Positions 1-9,255 of a stretch of 32,000 bases of DNA are shown piece after piece. This DNA is from Pyrodictium abyssi (GTDB lineage Archaea > Thermoproteota > Thermoprotei_A > Sulfolobales > Pyrodictiaceae): positions 2,160,001 to 2,192,000 of the forward strand of contig NZ_AP028907.1 of assembly GCF_036323395.1 (NCBI RefSeq). The letters are read 5' to 3'. Numbering within the stretch: position 1 is the first letter of the stretch; every line of letters starts with the position of its first letter. The notes below the pieces were generated by a model, which searched no databases, was not told the origin of the DNA, and saw only the letters and a list, made by a program, of their open reading frames with translations. A program made the position numbers and the translations under genes.

Positions 1-462
1 CTTGTCCTCCAGCGTGCGGAGCACCAGGGGGTAGAGACCCTTCTCCACGTCCACGAAGGCTATGTCTAGGCTCTCGTCCGGGAGCCCCATGAGGTACTCC
101 ACGGCGTCCGCGCGGACGGCCTCAAGCTCTATGTTGCGGAGCTCAGCCTCCTCGAGGACCATCCGTAGCCGGTGGTACCGCGGCTCCTCCTTCTCCACGG
201 CGACGACCCGGCAGCGGCCTATACACGCCTCGTCTATCCCGCGGGCTAGCCAGAGCGTCGAGAACCCTATCCCCGCCCCCAGGTCCACGGCGAGTATGTC
301 CCGCTCGCTGCTACTATGCATTGTGGTGTACAGGTAGCCTATCGCGTAGAGCGCGGCCCCGTCCTCGCGCTGGATAGGCGTCAGCCCTATACGCGTAGAC
401 TCGTCCTCCACCCTGTAGAGGAGCTCGACGAAGTAGTCCTCGCCGCCCCCGAACGGTAGCAT
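1..462 (-). CDS. SAM-dependent (class I, O-methyltransferase-like) methyltransferase, C-terminus cut by window edge
   Basis: Not in the ORF track. My minus-strand translation from ATG at 462 reads MLPFGGGEDYFVELLYRVEDESTRIGLTPIQREDGAALYAIG...ERDILAVDLGAGIGFSTLWLARG...VVAVEKEEPRYHRLRMVLEEAELRNIELEAVRADAVEYL...LDIAFVDVEK; the VDLGAGIGFST motif I and acidic motif II fit a Rossmann methyltransferase. Confidence 0.8.
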   Translation of the reverse strand, partial: MLPFGGGEDYFVELLYRVEDESTRIGLTPIQREDGAALYAIGYLYTTMHSSSERDILAVDLGAGIGFSTLWLARGIDEACIGRCRVVAVEKEEPRYHRLRMVLEEAELRNIELEAVRADAVEYLMGLPDESLDIAFVDVEKGLYPLVLRTLEDK

Positions 463-852
463 CACAGTGCCCCGGCCTCGCTAGCAGGTTCTCGCCCGGG
501 AGCCCCTTGGCCCCTGGTGTAGGAGGCGGGGAGCCAGCCCCCGAGAAGCTAGGCGGCGGGGCCCAGGTTAAGAAGGTTATAGAACATGCATGGGGTGTTG
601 CTGCAGGCGTAGAGGAGATAAGGATGTGGCCCGGGAGGGCGTGGGAGAGCCCGTATACCGGGGTCTAACCCTAGCCACGTGTACGGGCCGCGGGTCTGCC
701 CCCGCTCCGCCGCCAGCATCCGGGGCACCCCCGGGCGATGGGCGGTACCCCTCCGGGTTCCCCCGCGGCCCACAACGCGCATAGCGCGGCTCTACGTCAG
801 CGTTATAGAGGGGGCTCCAGTGGACCCGCTTTAACCCGGGTAAAACGGGGCC

Positions 853-1626
853 TTGGTGGAGCTAGCGCCGGGCGTCGAGACTGTAGCGGACCTGCCGGCG
901 GCGTACATACGGAGGCTACGCGCACTAGTCCTGGCGGACACGCACCTGGGCTTCGAGGAGGAGGCGGCCCAGCAGGGCCTCTACGTGCCCAGGATACAGC
1001 TGCTACGCACCATGGAGGTGCTCCGCCAGGGCCTAGACCTCACCGGCGCCGACTGGGTGATACTAGCCGGCGACGTGAAGCACAGCTTCTCCAGGCTCCT
1101 CCGCAGCGAGCGCGAGGAGCTGTCCCGGGTCTTCCAGTACCTGGTCAGGGAGAGGAGCGTACGGGTCACCGTGGTCCGGGGCAACCACGACAACTACCTC
1201 CCAATAGTTGCCAAGGACTACGGGGTAGAGATAGTCCAGGAGCTCTACGAGAAAGGTGTGCTCGTCACCCACGGGCACAGGAAGCCCCAGGGCGGCTACC
1301 CCGGCAGAGTAGAGGTCGTGGTGATAGGCCACGAGCACCCCAGCTTAAGGCTACGCGACCGCCTAGGCTACGTGGCGAAGCTCCCCGCCTTCCTCTCAGC
1401 GCCCTACCCGGCTCTCCAGGCGCGCCTCGTAGTCCTCCCAGCCGTGGGCCAGTACCAGACTGGCACCACGATATCCCTCAGCCCCGACACCTACCTCTCC
1501 CCGATACTCCGCGAAGAGGTCCCCCTGGCCGAGGTCAAGCCCTACGTGCTCGCCGAGGAGCTAGGCGTGCTCGAGTTCCCCGAGCTAGCGCTCCTGGAGG
1601 ACCTCCTAGACCAGGTAGAGCTCTAG
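853..1626 (+). CDS. ICC-like calcineurin-type metallophosphoesterase
   Basis: ORF with LVLADTHLGFE (D-x-H), GDVKHSF, VVRGNHDNY (GNHD) and VIGHEHP motifs of metallophosphoesterases. TTG/GTG start. Confidence 0.85.
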   Translation: MVELAPGVETVADLPAAYIRRLRALVLADTHLGFEEEAAQQGLYVPRIQLLRTMEVLRQGLDLTGADWVILAGDVKHSFSRLLRSEREELSRVFQYLVRERSVRVTVVRGNHDNYLPIVAKDYGVEIVQELYEKGVLVTHGHRKPQGGYPGRVEVVVIGHEHPSLRLRDRLGYVAKLPAFLSAPYPALQARLVVLPAVGQYQTGTTISLSPDTYLSPILREEVPLAEVKPYVLAEELGVLEFPELALLEDLLDQVEL

Positions 1627-1733
1627 CCGCAGCCCCGGGGGTGATGAGCAGGCCGGCTAGCCCCCGGCCCCCACCGAACCCCCGCCAGCCCCCAAGGGGA
1701 TGTGGCTGCCGCGGTTTACTGACCCCCCGGGGC

Positions 1734-1982
1734 CTAGGCGTGCTCGAGTATGTCCGCTGCCTGGGGGAGCAGGTGCCAGTCGAGGCAGCCACGGAGCCGG
1801 AGCACGTCAGCAGCCTGCCGTAGCAGCGCAGCAGCATACTCCGCGTCCTCCGGGCCACCAGCGCCCGACGCCAGGTCCTCGATTAGTCTCAGCGCCTCCC
1901 CGAGCTCCGGCGTAGAGCCGCAGGAGAGCTCCACAGCTCGGGCCACCGCGTAGGCCTCCTCGAGAGCGCGCCGGTACACCAT
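1734..1982 (-). CDS. small helical protein of unknown function (82 aa from internal Met)
   Basis: 3' part of the 1734..2111 ORF. Start MVYRRALEEAYAVARAVEL... abuts the end of the hydrolase gene, consistent with an operon. Confidence 0.45.
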   Translation of the reverse strand: MVYRRALEEAYAVARAVELSCGSTPELGEALRLIEDLASGAGGPEDAEYAAALLRQAADVLRLRGCLDWHLLPQAADILEHA

Positions 1983-2875
1983 CAGCCACCGGCCCCCGGA
2001 GGGCACTCCTCGTGCGCCAGCTCTATCAGCATGTCTGCGTAGCGGCCCGGGCCAAGCACATCCACCGCCTCCACGTGGCCAGCCCCAGGGACCTCGACGA
2101 GACGGCCACACGGGCTACGGGCCGCCAGGCTCCTCGCCTCGTCCCTTGTCACCAGCGGGTCCCGGGGCCCATACACCACCAGCAACGGCTTATCCACGCG
2201 CTCCACCCCCGCGGGGCCGAAGTCGAGGTCAACGCCCGCCATCAGCCTCCCGTAGAACCCGGCCAGCACGCCCACCCAGCCCGGCAGCGGCGTCTTGTAC
2301 TCCAGCCACCGGGGTATGACGTCCCGGAGCCTGTAGTACGGGCTATCAGCAGCCACCGCGTAGACCCGCGGGTCCCCAGCACCCTCCACGATCGCTACAG
2401 CGCCGCCCATACTGAACCCCACCAATATTATCCGGCGGCCGGGGAACCGCTCCGAGACATAGCCCACCACAGCCCGGGCATCCAGCACCTCCCGGGGCCC
2501 AATCGTCGTCGAGCCCCCGCTCAGCCCGTGGCCCCGGAAGTCGAACACAGCCACCGGGTACCCCCGCTCCACGAGCCCCCGGGCCAGCACAGCCACGTAG
2601 GGCGACGAGCGGCACCCAGTATACCCGTGCATCAACACGAACACAGCATCGCCCCCAGCACCGGGGCCCAGCACCCAGCCCCGAACCACCACACCATCCT
2701 CCGCGGTCACGCTGAACTCCTCGTAGCTGAGCCCTTCCGGCGCAACGGGCTGGCAGCTCTCCGGGTGGAGGCTGCTATACGCTACATAGGCCGGGACAAC
2801 AACGAACACGACAAGCGCCAAGGCAGCCACAACGGCCAGGAGCAGCCTCTTACCGCGCTGGCCGAGCCCAGGCAC
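1982..2875 (-). CDS. alpha/beta hydrolase with N-terminal membrane anchor
   Basis: VLMHGYTG, FDFRGHGLSGG, LVGFSMGG (GxSxG nucleophile elbow), VYGPRDPLVT and GAGHVE motifs, after an N-terminal hydrophobic helix LLLAVVAALALVVFVVVPAYV. Confidence 0.85.
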   Translation of the reverse strand: MPGLGQRGKRLLLAVVAALALVVFVVVPAYVAYSSLHPESCQPVAPEGLSYEEFSVTAEDGVVVRGWVLGPGAGGDAVFVLMHGYTGCRSSPYVAVLARGLVERGYPVAVFDFRGHGLSGGSTTIGPREVLDARAVVGYVSERFPGRRIILVGFSMGGAVAIVEGAGDPRVYAVAADSPYYRLRDVIPRWLEYKTPLPGWVGVLAGFYGRLMAGVDLDFGPAGVERVDKPLLVVYGPRDPLVTRDEARSLAARSPCGRLVEVPGAGHVEAVDVLGPGRYADMLIELAHEECPPGAGG

Positions 2876-3067
2876 ACCGAGCCACCCCCGTGTCTACAGC
2901 TACGCCCCGGGCTAGGACACCGGGTAACCACGTATACCCGGCCAGAAACCAGTAAAATGCAAAATGCAATGCTAAATCCTGTAACAGCACGATAGGAGGC
3001 ATCACCTGAGGAGAATGAATGTTGCAGGGCCGGCAGGACGCCGCCATGGAGAGGTATACGTAAGGTT

Positions 3068-3370
3068 GTGCGCTCGTCTACCCTCTTGGGGTTCCATAAG
3101 TATTGTACTGCTGTGCGCGACAGGTGCACCACTGTGCTCGGCGAGGATGTAGCGGAGGAGCTGGGGCTAAGGCATTGTGAGAGGTTGGTGGTGACGGTAG
3201 AGGATGAAGGGGCCACGCTGCATATCCGTGTGCTGAGGGCTCGTGGCGGGGCTGTTGACGCTCTTAGGGAGCTTGAGGAGATACTGAGGAGGGTGGAGGA
3301 GAAGCGTGTAAGGGTCGACCGGATACCGGAAAGGTGGGAGCTATATGAAGAAGGGGCTGGTGGGCATTGA
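3068..3370 (+). CDS. antitoxin-like protein (AbrB/MazE-type swapped-hairpin character)
   Basis: GTG start, 100 aa. Segment TTVLGEDVAEELGLRHCERLVVTVEDEGATLHI resembles an AbrB-type fold; overlaps a PIN-domain ORF by 26 bp. Confidence 0.6.
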   Translation: MRSSTLLGFHKYCTAVRDRCTTVLGEDVAEELGLRHCERLVVTVEDEGATLHIRVLRARGGAVDALRELEEILRRVEEKRVRVDRIPERWELYEEGAGGH

Positions 3371-3767
3371 TACGAACATCCTTGTGCACGCGCTGATAGT
3401 GCAGGACGAGGCGAAGCACGAGGCTGCCAAGAGGCTGCTCCGGGATATAGTGGAGCATGGCGACAGGTACATTCTGAGCTACCAGGTGATAGGCGAGCTC
3501 TATAGCACGATGCTAAGGATCGCGCCCAGCCTCATGGAGGAGGCTATAGCGCTAGCCCGCCTCCTAGCGCGTAGGTTGAGACTCATACACTACACGGCAA
3601 GCGAGCTAGAGAACGCGACGAGGACGAGCACGCCCAAGAGGTTCTGGGACACCGTGCTGGCCCTAACCTATCGGAGGCATGGAGCCACCCTCATACTCGC
3701 CGAGAACACCCAGGACTTCCGCGGGCTAATACAGGCAATGAACCCGTTCACAGGTGAAGAGGCGTGA
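3345..3767 (+). CDS. PIN-domain ribonuclease toxin (VapC-like)
   Basis: VGIDTNILVHAL start motif, YQVIGELYST, RFWDTVLALTYRRHGATLILAENTQDFRG: PIN-like acidic residues. Confidence 0.8.
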   Translation: MKKGLVGIDTNILVHALIVQDEAKHEAAKRLLRDIVEHGDRYILSYQVIGELYSTMLRIAPSLMEEAIALARLLARRLRLIHYTASELENATRTSTPKRFWDTVLALTYRRHGATLILAENTQDFRGLIQAMNPFTGEEA

Positions 3768-4278
3768 ACACCACCTGTGTGCACAGAACCGCGTCCCCCC
3801 GTGGCGCATATAGCGGCTGTCTAGAGGCCCCGACGAGAACCAAACGTAGGGAAGCCTTCATGCCGATCGGTGTGTGAGGTGATAGCCCCGGGAGGAGACC
3901 GACGGCTGCCCGCCAAGAAGCGAGAAGGAAGGATAACGGAATAGCCTCACCGGGTGTCTACGGTCCAGGCGCTCCACGCGCCGTGTCTTCAAGGCAGTTT
4001 GCTGGTATGTCGGGGCCCACTGGAAACTGAAAGCTGCGGGCGGCTACGGCCGGGTAACACGGATAGCCAGCCGGGGAACGGCATCAGTTGCGATAGACAG
4101 CTGCTGCGCCTTCTTGCGGTGCCTGCCCGGCTGCCCGGGGCTTCTCGGCTGGGGCTCTGCTAGCCTCCCGGGGCCCGGCGGCCCTGGGCGCGTGGCTAGG
4201 GGTAATACCCACGGCGGTTGACTGTGTAGTGCTGGGTTGCACTGTACGCGGTGGCTGGGCGTGGTCATTGTGGCTGGG

Positions 4279-6492
4279 TTACCTGCTCTCGTTGTCCTCG
4301 GCTTGGCTGTCTAGTAGGGCGTCGACCAGCGCTGCAATGGCCGAGGCTATGGCGGCTGCGCGGAGGAGCAGGGGGCTGCCGAGCAGCACGGCGGCGGCCG
4401 CGAAGGCGATGAAGGGCCAGGGCGTGTAGCCCCTGCTCCTCGGCGGGGCTGCGGCCAGCACGGCTATGGTGTCGGGGCTGTAGGCGGCTAGGAGCGCTAG
4501 TATGGCGTGTGGCCGGGCCTCGAGGAGCGTGGCGGTGGCAGCGCCGGCTAGGGCCGCGGCCACGGGTATAGCTGGCCCGCTGGGCTCTGGGCCTGCTACG
4601 GCTGCTGCTAGGCTGTAGCCGGCTGCGAGGCCTAGCAGGTAGAGCGCCCGTCTGGCGCGGCTCCTCTGGAGCCCCGCTAGCCCCGCGTACAAGGGGCTTG
4701 GCGCTAGCATCCCGGCGAGTAGGCCGTCGAAGAGCCCTGGGCTGGCTAGGGCGGCTGCTGCTAGCACGGGGGCGAATACGCCGGCGGGCCCCGTGTAGGC
4801 GAGCAGGCCTGCGGAGAACCACATGAGCACGGTCTTGGCTGCGCGGTGGCGGCCGGCGGGGGCGTGTAGCGCTGCTAGCCGGTAGCCTAGCAGCCCGTAG
4901 AACCCGGCCCCGGCGGCTGCGAGGCCCAGCCTTGTGAGCTTGTCCCCGTAGGCTAGGGCGGCGTGTAGGAGCGGAGCCTCGCTGGGCTCGGTGAACCCGC
5001 TCCACGGGGTGCCCCCGGCCAGCGCCGCCGAGGCCAACGCGCCTGCTGCGGCCGCGGCGCCGGCTAGCCAGCGGGCCGCCGTCTCGGTGGCGAGGCACTC
5101 GCTTAGCCCGCTGCGGCTGAGGCCCCGGACGGCGGAGGCCGAGAGCACGGGGGCTAGGGCTAGCACGGCGCCGGAGAGCATGGAGAGCTGTACGCCGTAG
5201 AAGTTGTAGAGTGTGTGGTTGCCGGCAGCGTAGACCGCGGCGTAGCCAGCCACCGCCGAGACCAGGGCTGCCGCGGCGGCTGCTGGGCCGGGCTCGCAGC
5301 CCCGCCCGCGGCACGCGCTCAGCCCGGCGGCGGCTAGGGCGGCGGACGCGACTAGGAGAGCGGGAAGGGTCACCAGGGGGCTGGAGGCCGCGGTGAGGAG
5401 CGGCTTCCCCTCGACGTAGTGGAGGACGAAGCCCGGGGTGCCGAGGAGTAGCCCCAGGGGGGTGGTGGAGGGAGGGCCGCCGGCTGGCCGGCTGGTTGTA
5501 TGCCACTTGAGCGAGCCGAGGACCTCGTTCATCCATGCCGAGGGGCCCATCCACTCGATGAACGGGGCCCAGGAGGCGAGCACCACGGCGAAGGGCAGCG
5601 CTAGGAGCAGCAGAGTCCTGCCTGTGGGCCAGCCGCGGAGCCGGGCGTAGACCAGGAGCGCGGGGAGTACGAAGAGCCCCGTGTACTTCGCCGAGCCCGC
5701 GAGCCCTACGAGGAGGGCCGCGGCCAGGGGCCTACCGTAGAGGAGCGCAGCGGCCGCGAGCGCGTCGAGGCTCGCAGCGTAGACGTCGAGCATGCCCACC
5801 GCGGACATTGCCCGGACGTTCTCGTCGAGCATGACGAGCACGACCGGCGCCGCTGCGGCTGCTAGGCCGAGGGGCCCGGGGGCGCGGCGGGCAACCCAGT
5901 ACGCAGCGGCTGCGACGGCTGCTAGGCCCAGGGCGCCGGCCGCGAAGCTGGCTGCCCGCCAGACCCAGTAGCGGAACCCGAACGCGTCTATCAGGGCGGC
6001 GAAGATGTACTTGGCTAGCGGCGGGTGCTCCGTGTTGAGGTAGTTGTTTATATCCCGCTTGTCCGGCATCACGCCGGGAACCACGTCGAGGAAGCAGGTA
6101 GACACGTAGGGCAGTAGTACTACGCGCTCGTGGGCCCGTGCCGGGGCCTCGACGAGGAGCGCGTGCACCTCGCGGTACTGCTTGTCGAGTAGCCGGGCGC
6201 CAGGCACCTCTTCGAGCAGGAGGAGGCCAGCCTCGGCGGCAGTGCACTCGCCCGGGTTGTAGAACACGGTGTAGACGGCGTGGGTCCGGTTCACTAGCGG
6301 GACCGGGTCCCAGCCGAGCACCTTCCGGGCCACGTTCACCGCGGAGGGGACGTACCACACCTCGTCGCTCACGTAGTCCTCTATCACGATTGTCTTCGAG
6401 AGCCCGCCCACGTAGAGCACAGTGAGCGAAGCCAGGTACGCGGCAGCCACGACGAGCACTGCGAGCCTTGTACCCGCGCTATGCGCTGTCAA
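4279..6492 (-). CDS. multi-TM glycosyltransferase, PMT / ArnT-like (GT39/GT83-type)
   Basis: 737 aa. IEDYVSDEVWYVPSAVNVARKVLGWDP then DKRDINNYLNTEHPPLAKYIFAALIDAFGFRYWVWRAASF (DE in first loop, EHPPL...K) followed by many TM segments, typical of protein O-mannosyltransferase-like enzymes. Confidence 0.75.
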   Translation of the reverse strand: MTAHSAGTRLAVLVVAAAYLASLTVLYVGGLSKTIVIEDYVSDEVWYVPSAVNVARKVLGWDPVPLVNRTHAVYTVFYNPGECTAAEAGLLLLEEVPGARLLDKQYREVHALLVEAPARAHERVVLLPYVSTCFLDVVPGVMPDKRDINNYLNTEHPPLAKYIFAALIDAFGFRYWVWRAASFAAGALGLAAVAAAAYWVARRAPGPLGLAAAAAPVVLVMLDENVRAMSAVGMLDVYAASLDALAAAALLYGRPLAAALLVGLAGSAKYTGLFVLPALLVYARLRGWPTGRTLLLLALPFAVVLASWAPFIEWMGPSAWMNEVLGSLKWHTTSRPAGGPPSTTPLGLLLGTPGFVLHYVEGKPLLTAASSPLVTLPALLVASAALAAAGLSACRGRGCEPGPAAAAAALVSAVAGYAAVYAAGNHTLYNFYGVQLSMLSGAVLALAPVLSASAVRGLSRSGLSECLATETAARWLAGAAAAAGALASAALAGGTPWSGFTEPSEAPLLHAALAYGDKLTRLGLAAAGAGFYGLLGYRLAALHAPAGRHRAAKTVLMWFSAGLLAYTGPAGVFAPVLAAAALASPGLFDGLLAGMLAPSPLYAGLAGLQRSRARRALYLLGLAAGYSLAAAVAGPEPSGPAIPVAAALAGAATATLLEARPHAILALLAAYSPDTIAVLAAAPPRSRGYTPWPFIAFAAAAVLLGSPLLLRAAAIASAIAALVDALLDSQAEDNESR

Positions 6493-6642
6493 GCCCCTAT
6501 TGCCTCCTCGACCCCAGGGGCTCCATCCACGCGGGAAGGAGCATCCCCCTCGGGATACTTATACGGTGGCACCCGGCATGAAGTGGTTCATCACTATACT
6601 GCACAAACGATATAACTTCAAGACACGTATTATGGTTTAATT

Positions 6643-6686
6643 AGAGCGTGGAAAGGCTTCGGCTTCGCTGAAGCCCTTCACACTCT
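6643..6686. promoter_or_regulatory. imperfect inverted repeat immediately upstream of a candidate TATA box
   Basis: AGAGCGTGGAAAGGCTTC(6643-6660) ggcttcgct GAAGCCCTTCACACTCT (6670-6686); the right arm reverse-complements to AGAGTGTGAAGGGCTTC. Followed by CTATACAC about 25 nt before ATG 6712. Confidence 0.5.
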
Positions 6687-6711
6687 ATACACGCTTTACA
6701 CTGGGGGCAAC

Positions 6712-7932
6712 ATGGTCATGCCTTCCTACAGGAGACTAGCCGGACTCTCTTCTACCACAGCGGTAGCCATAATCACCCTCATAGCCGTGGTCAGCGGTGT
6801 AATGATCTACATGTGGGTGAGCAAGGGAGTTGAGCAGCAAGCTGGGGAGGCCAGCGAGACGGGGAGAATCATCAGCGGCGCGGTGAAGATAGACGCTATA
6901 CAGGCTGGCCCAGGCTACGTGCTCGTCTACGCGCGTAGCCTCGGAGGCACCTATACTGTGGACCACGTCTACCTCTACGACTCCGCGGGGAGGCTCCTCG
7001 GTGAGCTGGAGCCCCAGCCGCCCATACTACTCCGGCCCGGCGAGCCAACAGTCATAGCCATACCGCTCCTCCTAGTCGAGGAGGCTAGAGGGTACCAGGG
7101 CAGGGTGCGGGTAGTCCTCTCGACCCGGGCGGGCAAGCTGAGCGCATGGGGCACAGTAGACCTCACGGCGGCGGCGACCTACTCCACCGTGGTGGGCCTC
7201 CTAGCCGGCCGCGACGTGTCATGCAGACTGGGCGACCGGCGGGTAGACGTCAACCAGATACACTGGCTCTACGTGGACGTGGCCACTGGGCGCTACAGCT
7301 TCCGCTACATAGGAGGGGGCAGCGTCCAGAGCCTCGAGGGTACGGCCAGGGTGATAGCGGACTCGAACGTGCTCGACTTGAGCAAGATGACGCCAGAGGA
7401 GAGGTACAGCCTAGGCCCGGTAGTGGTAATCGTAAACCCGTACCGCGCGGCCAGGGACTACGAGGTAACAGTCATCGATACATACGGCGGTAGGCACACG
7501 TTCCCCCTCCCACGGCTGGTGGACGACCCGGCTAAGGTTGTGATAGACGTGGTGGTCCTATGGGAAGACCTGTGGACCCCCGCGAACCGGCCGTCGCCCC
7601 AGCGCGGTAAGAACTACCTAGACAACTACATAGACCACGTGATAAGGGTCACGGTGTTCACGAACTCCACCGCCCGGATCGAGGTGCTGCATGCTAGCGG
7701 CTGTTTCCTACACATGTTCATGTATAGCCCGAGGGGGCTCCCCAGCTTCGACAGCGTCCCGGACATCGTGGAGGAGTACATGGCCAGCAGCTACCGGCTC
7801 CCGCGGGACCGCGGCGTTGTCTACGTGAAGAGCCACAGGGCAGCTGTGCCGCCGCTAGAAGACAGGGACATCTGGGACCCCGTAGAGGGTAGGTGGGTCA
7901 TGAGCTGGCCGCCAGTGTTCACGGTCGGGTAG
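6712..7932 (+). CDS. secreted/surface protein with archaeal type IV pilin/archaellin-like N-terminus
   Basis: MVMPSYRRLAGLSSTTAVAIITLIAVVSGVMIYMWVSKG: short positive segment, AG-LSSTT potential class III cleavage site, then hydrophobic helix; remainder is beta-rich. Confidence 0.65.
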   Translation: MVMPSYRRLAGLSSTTAVAIITLIAVVSGVMIYMWVSKGVEQQAGEASETGRIISGAVKIDAIQAGPGYVLVYARSLGGTYTVDHVYLYDSAGRLLGELEPQPPILLRPGEPTVIAIPLLLVEEARGYQGRVRVVLSTRAGKLSAWGTVDLTAAATYSTVVGLLAGRDVSCRLGDRRVDVNQIHWLYVDVATGRYSFRYIGGGSVQSLEGTARVIADSNVLDLSKMTPEERYSLGPVVVIVNPYRAARDYEVTVIDTYGGRHTFPLPRLVDDPAKVVIDVVVLWEDLWTPANRPSPQRGKNYLDNYIDHVIRVTVFTNSTARIEVLHASGCFLHMFMYSPRGLPSFDSVPDIVEEYMASSYRLPRDRGVVYVKSHRAAVPPLEDRDIWDPVEGRWVMSWPPVFTVG

Positions 7933-7962
7933 CGGGTCCCGAAGCCCGGCTGTAACCTAGAT

Positions 7963-8058
7963 ATGGGTATGCCCGGGGGCGCGTTAGCCCCCGAGGACGC
8001 TGAGGGCCGGCTGGAGGGCCTGGCGGCCGGGTTCTATGGTGCCTTGGGGTCGCTGTGA
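7963..8058 (+). CDS. possible 31-aa leader/small ORF overlapping the downstream start (TGATG)
   Basis: ATG GGT ATG CCC ... TCG CTG TGA; stop TGA at 8056-8058 shares its A with ATG 8058. Peptide MGMPGGALAPEDAEGRLEGLAAGFYGALGSL. Confidence 0.25.
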   Translation: MGMPGGALAPEDAEGRLEGLAAGFYGALGSL

Positions 8059-9209
8059 TGCAGCAGAGTGGCAGGCGGGGGGAGGAGGGGGGCGGCGAGC
8101 CCCTGCTATCGGTGGTGGTGCCGACCTACAACGAGCGGGAGAACCTGCCCCGGCTACTGGAGGAGGTCGACCGGGTCCTAAGGAGCCGGGGGGTAAGCTA
8201 CGAGGTCGTGGTCGTGGACGATGATAGCCCGGACGGGACCTGGAGGGTCGCAGAGGAGCTGGCCCGGGAGCGGGGGCTCCCGGTCCGGGTGGTGAGGAGG
8301 CGGGGCGAGCGGGGCCTCGGCAGCGCGATCGCGCGGGGGCTCCGGGAGGCACGGGGCCGCTACATAGTGGTGATGGACGCTGACCTCCAGCACCCGCCGG
8401 AGGCTATCCCCAGGCTCCTCGAGGAGGCCAGGAGGAGCGGCGCGGACCTCGTGGTCGCGTCGCGCTACGCCCGGGGCGGCGGGGTGGAGGGCTGGAGCAA
8501 GACACGCCTCCTGGTCTCCCGTGTCGCGTGCCTCCTAGCCCACCTCGTGCTCCCCGAGGCCCGGGCGACCAGCGACCCAATGAGCGGCTTCTTCCTAGTA
8601 TCCCGGAGGCTCGCCGGGAGGGCCCCCAGGGAGCCGCGGAGCTGGAAGATACTCCTCGACCTCCTCGTCGCGGCCAGGGGTAGCGTCTCCGAGGTCCCCT
8701 ACGTGTTCCGCCGCCGCGCCGCTGGGGAGAGCAAGCTCGGGGCCAGGGAGATGCTGGACTACCTGCGGCACCTGCTCGTGCTATCCGGGTACCGGCCGGT
8801 CAAGTTCGCCCTCGTGGGCGCCTCGGGCACCCTGGTGAACCTCGCGGTGCTCCGGCTCATCCACGGAGGCCTTGGCGCGCCGCTCCCCCTCGCGTTCCTA
8901 GCCGCCTTCGAGGCCTCGCTGACCTGGAACTACCTGCTCCACGACGCCTGGACCTTCCGAGGCCAGCGGCCCCCGGGCCTAGCGAGCAAGCTACGGTACT
9001 GGCTCCGCTACCACGCAGCCGCCCTGGGCGGCCTCGCAGCATACATGGCGGTTGGCATGGCGCTAGCGTCTCTGGGAGTGGACTACCTGCTAGCAGGCCT
9101 AGCCGGGATAGTCGCCGGCTTCCTGGCCAACTACACGCTCTCGGTCTACAAGGTGTGGCACCGGCCACCCAGCGGGGACGACACGGGACGCGGGCGGCCA
9201 AAAGGCTAA
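8055..9209 (+). CDS. dolichol-phosphate mannosyltransferase-like GT2 fused to C-terminal GtrA-like membrane domain
   Basis: LLSVVVPTYNERENLPRLLEEVD, VVVDDDSPDGTW, VVMDADLQHPPEAIPRL (DPM synthase motifs), then FALVGASGTLVNLAVLRLIHG...FLANYTLSVYKVW, typical of GtrA. Confidence 0.9.
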   Translation: MMQQSGRRGEEGGGEPLLSVVVPTYNERENLPRLLEEVDRVLRSRGVSYEVVVVDDDSPDGTWRVAEELARERGLPVRVVRRRGERGLGSAIARGLREARGRYIVVMDADLQHPPEAIPRLLEEARRSGADLVVASRYARGGGVEGWSKTRLLVSRVACLLAHLVLPEARATSDPMSGFFLVSRRLAGRAPREPRSWKILLDLLVAARGSVSEVPYVFRRRAAGESKLGAREMLDYLRHLLVLSGYRPVKFALVGASGTLVNLAVLRLIHGGLGAPLPLAFLAAFEASLTWNYLLHDAWTFRGQRPPGLASKLRYWLRYHAAALGGLAAYMAVGMALASLGVDYLLAGLAGIVAGFLANYTLSVYKVWHRPPSGDDTGRGRPKG

Positions 9210-9255
9210 TGACGCTGGGCGCCCTCTGGCTTCCAGCTACCCAGGCGCGGCGGGC

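Noticed and set aside
738-1823. 361-aa plus-strand ORF
   Set aside because: Low-complexity Pro/Arg/Gly translation overlapping the convincing metallophosphoesterase in another frame; typical GC-rich shadow ORF.
2945-2972. AAAATGCAAAATGCAATGC short repetition upstream of the alpha/beta hydrolase
   Set aside because: Too short to separate from chance or a promoter-associated A-rich tract.
3954-4163. 69-aa plus-strand ORF
   Set aside because: No recognisable features; lies in a poorly structured intergenic stretch.
4265-5554. 429-aa minus-strand ORF, and 5732..6358 minus
   Set aside because: Arg/Pro/Ser-rich translations antisense-frame to the clearly coding 737-aa PMT-like gene on the same strand; shadow ORFs.
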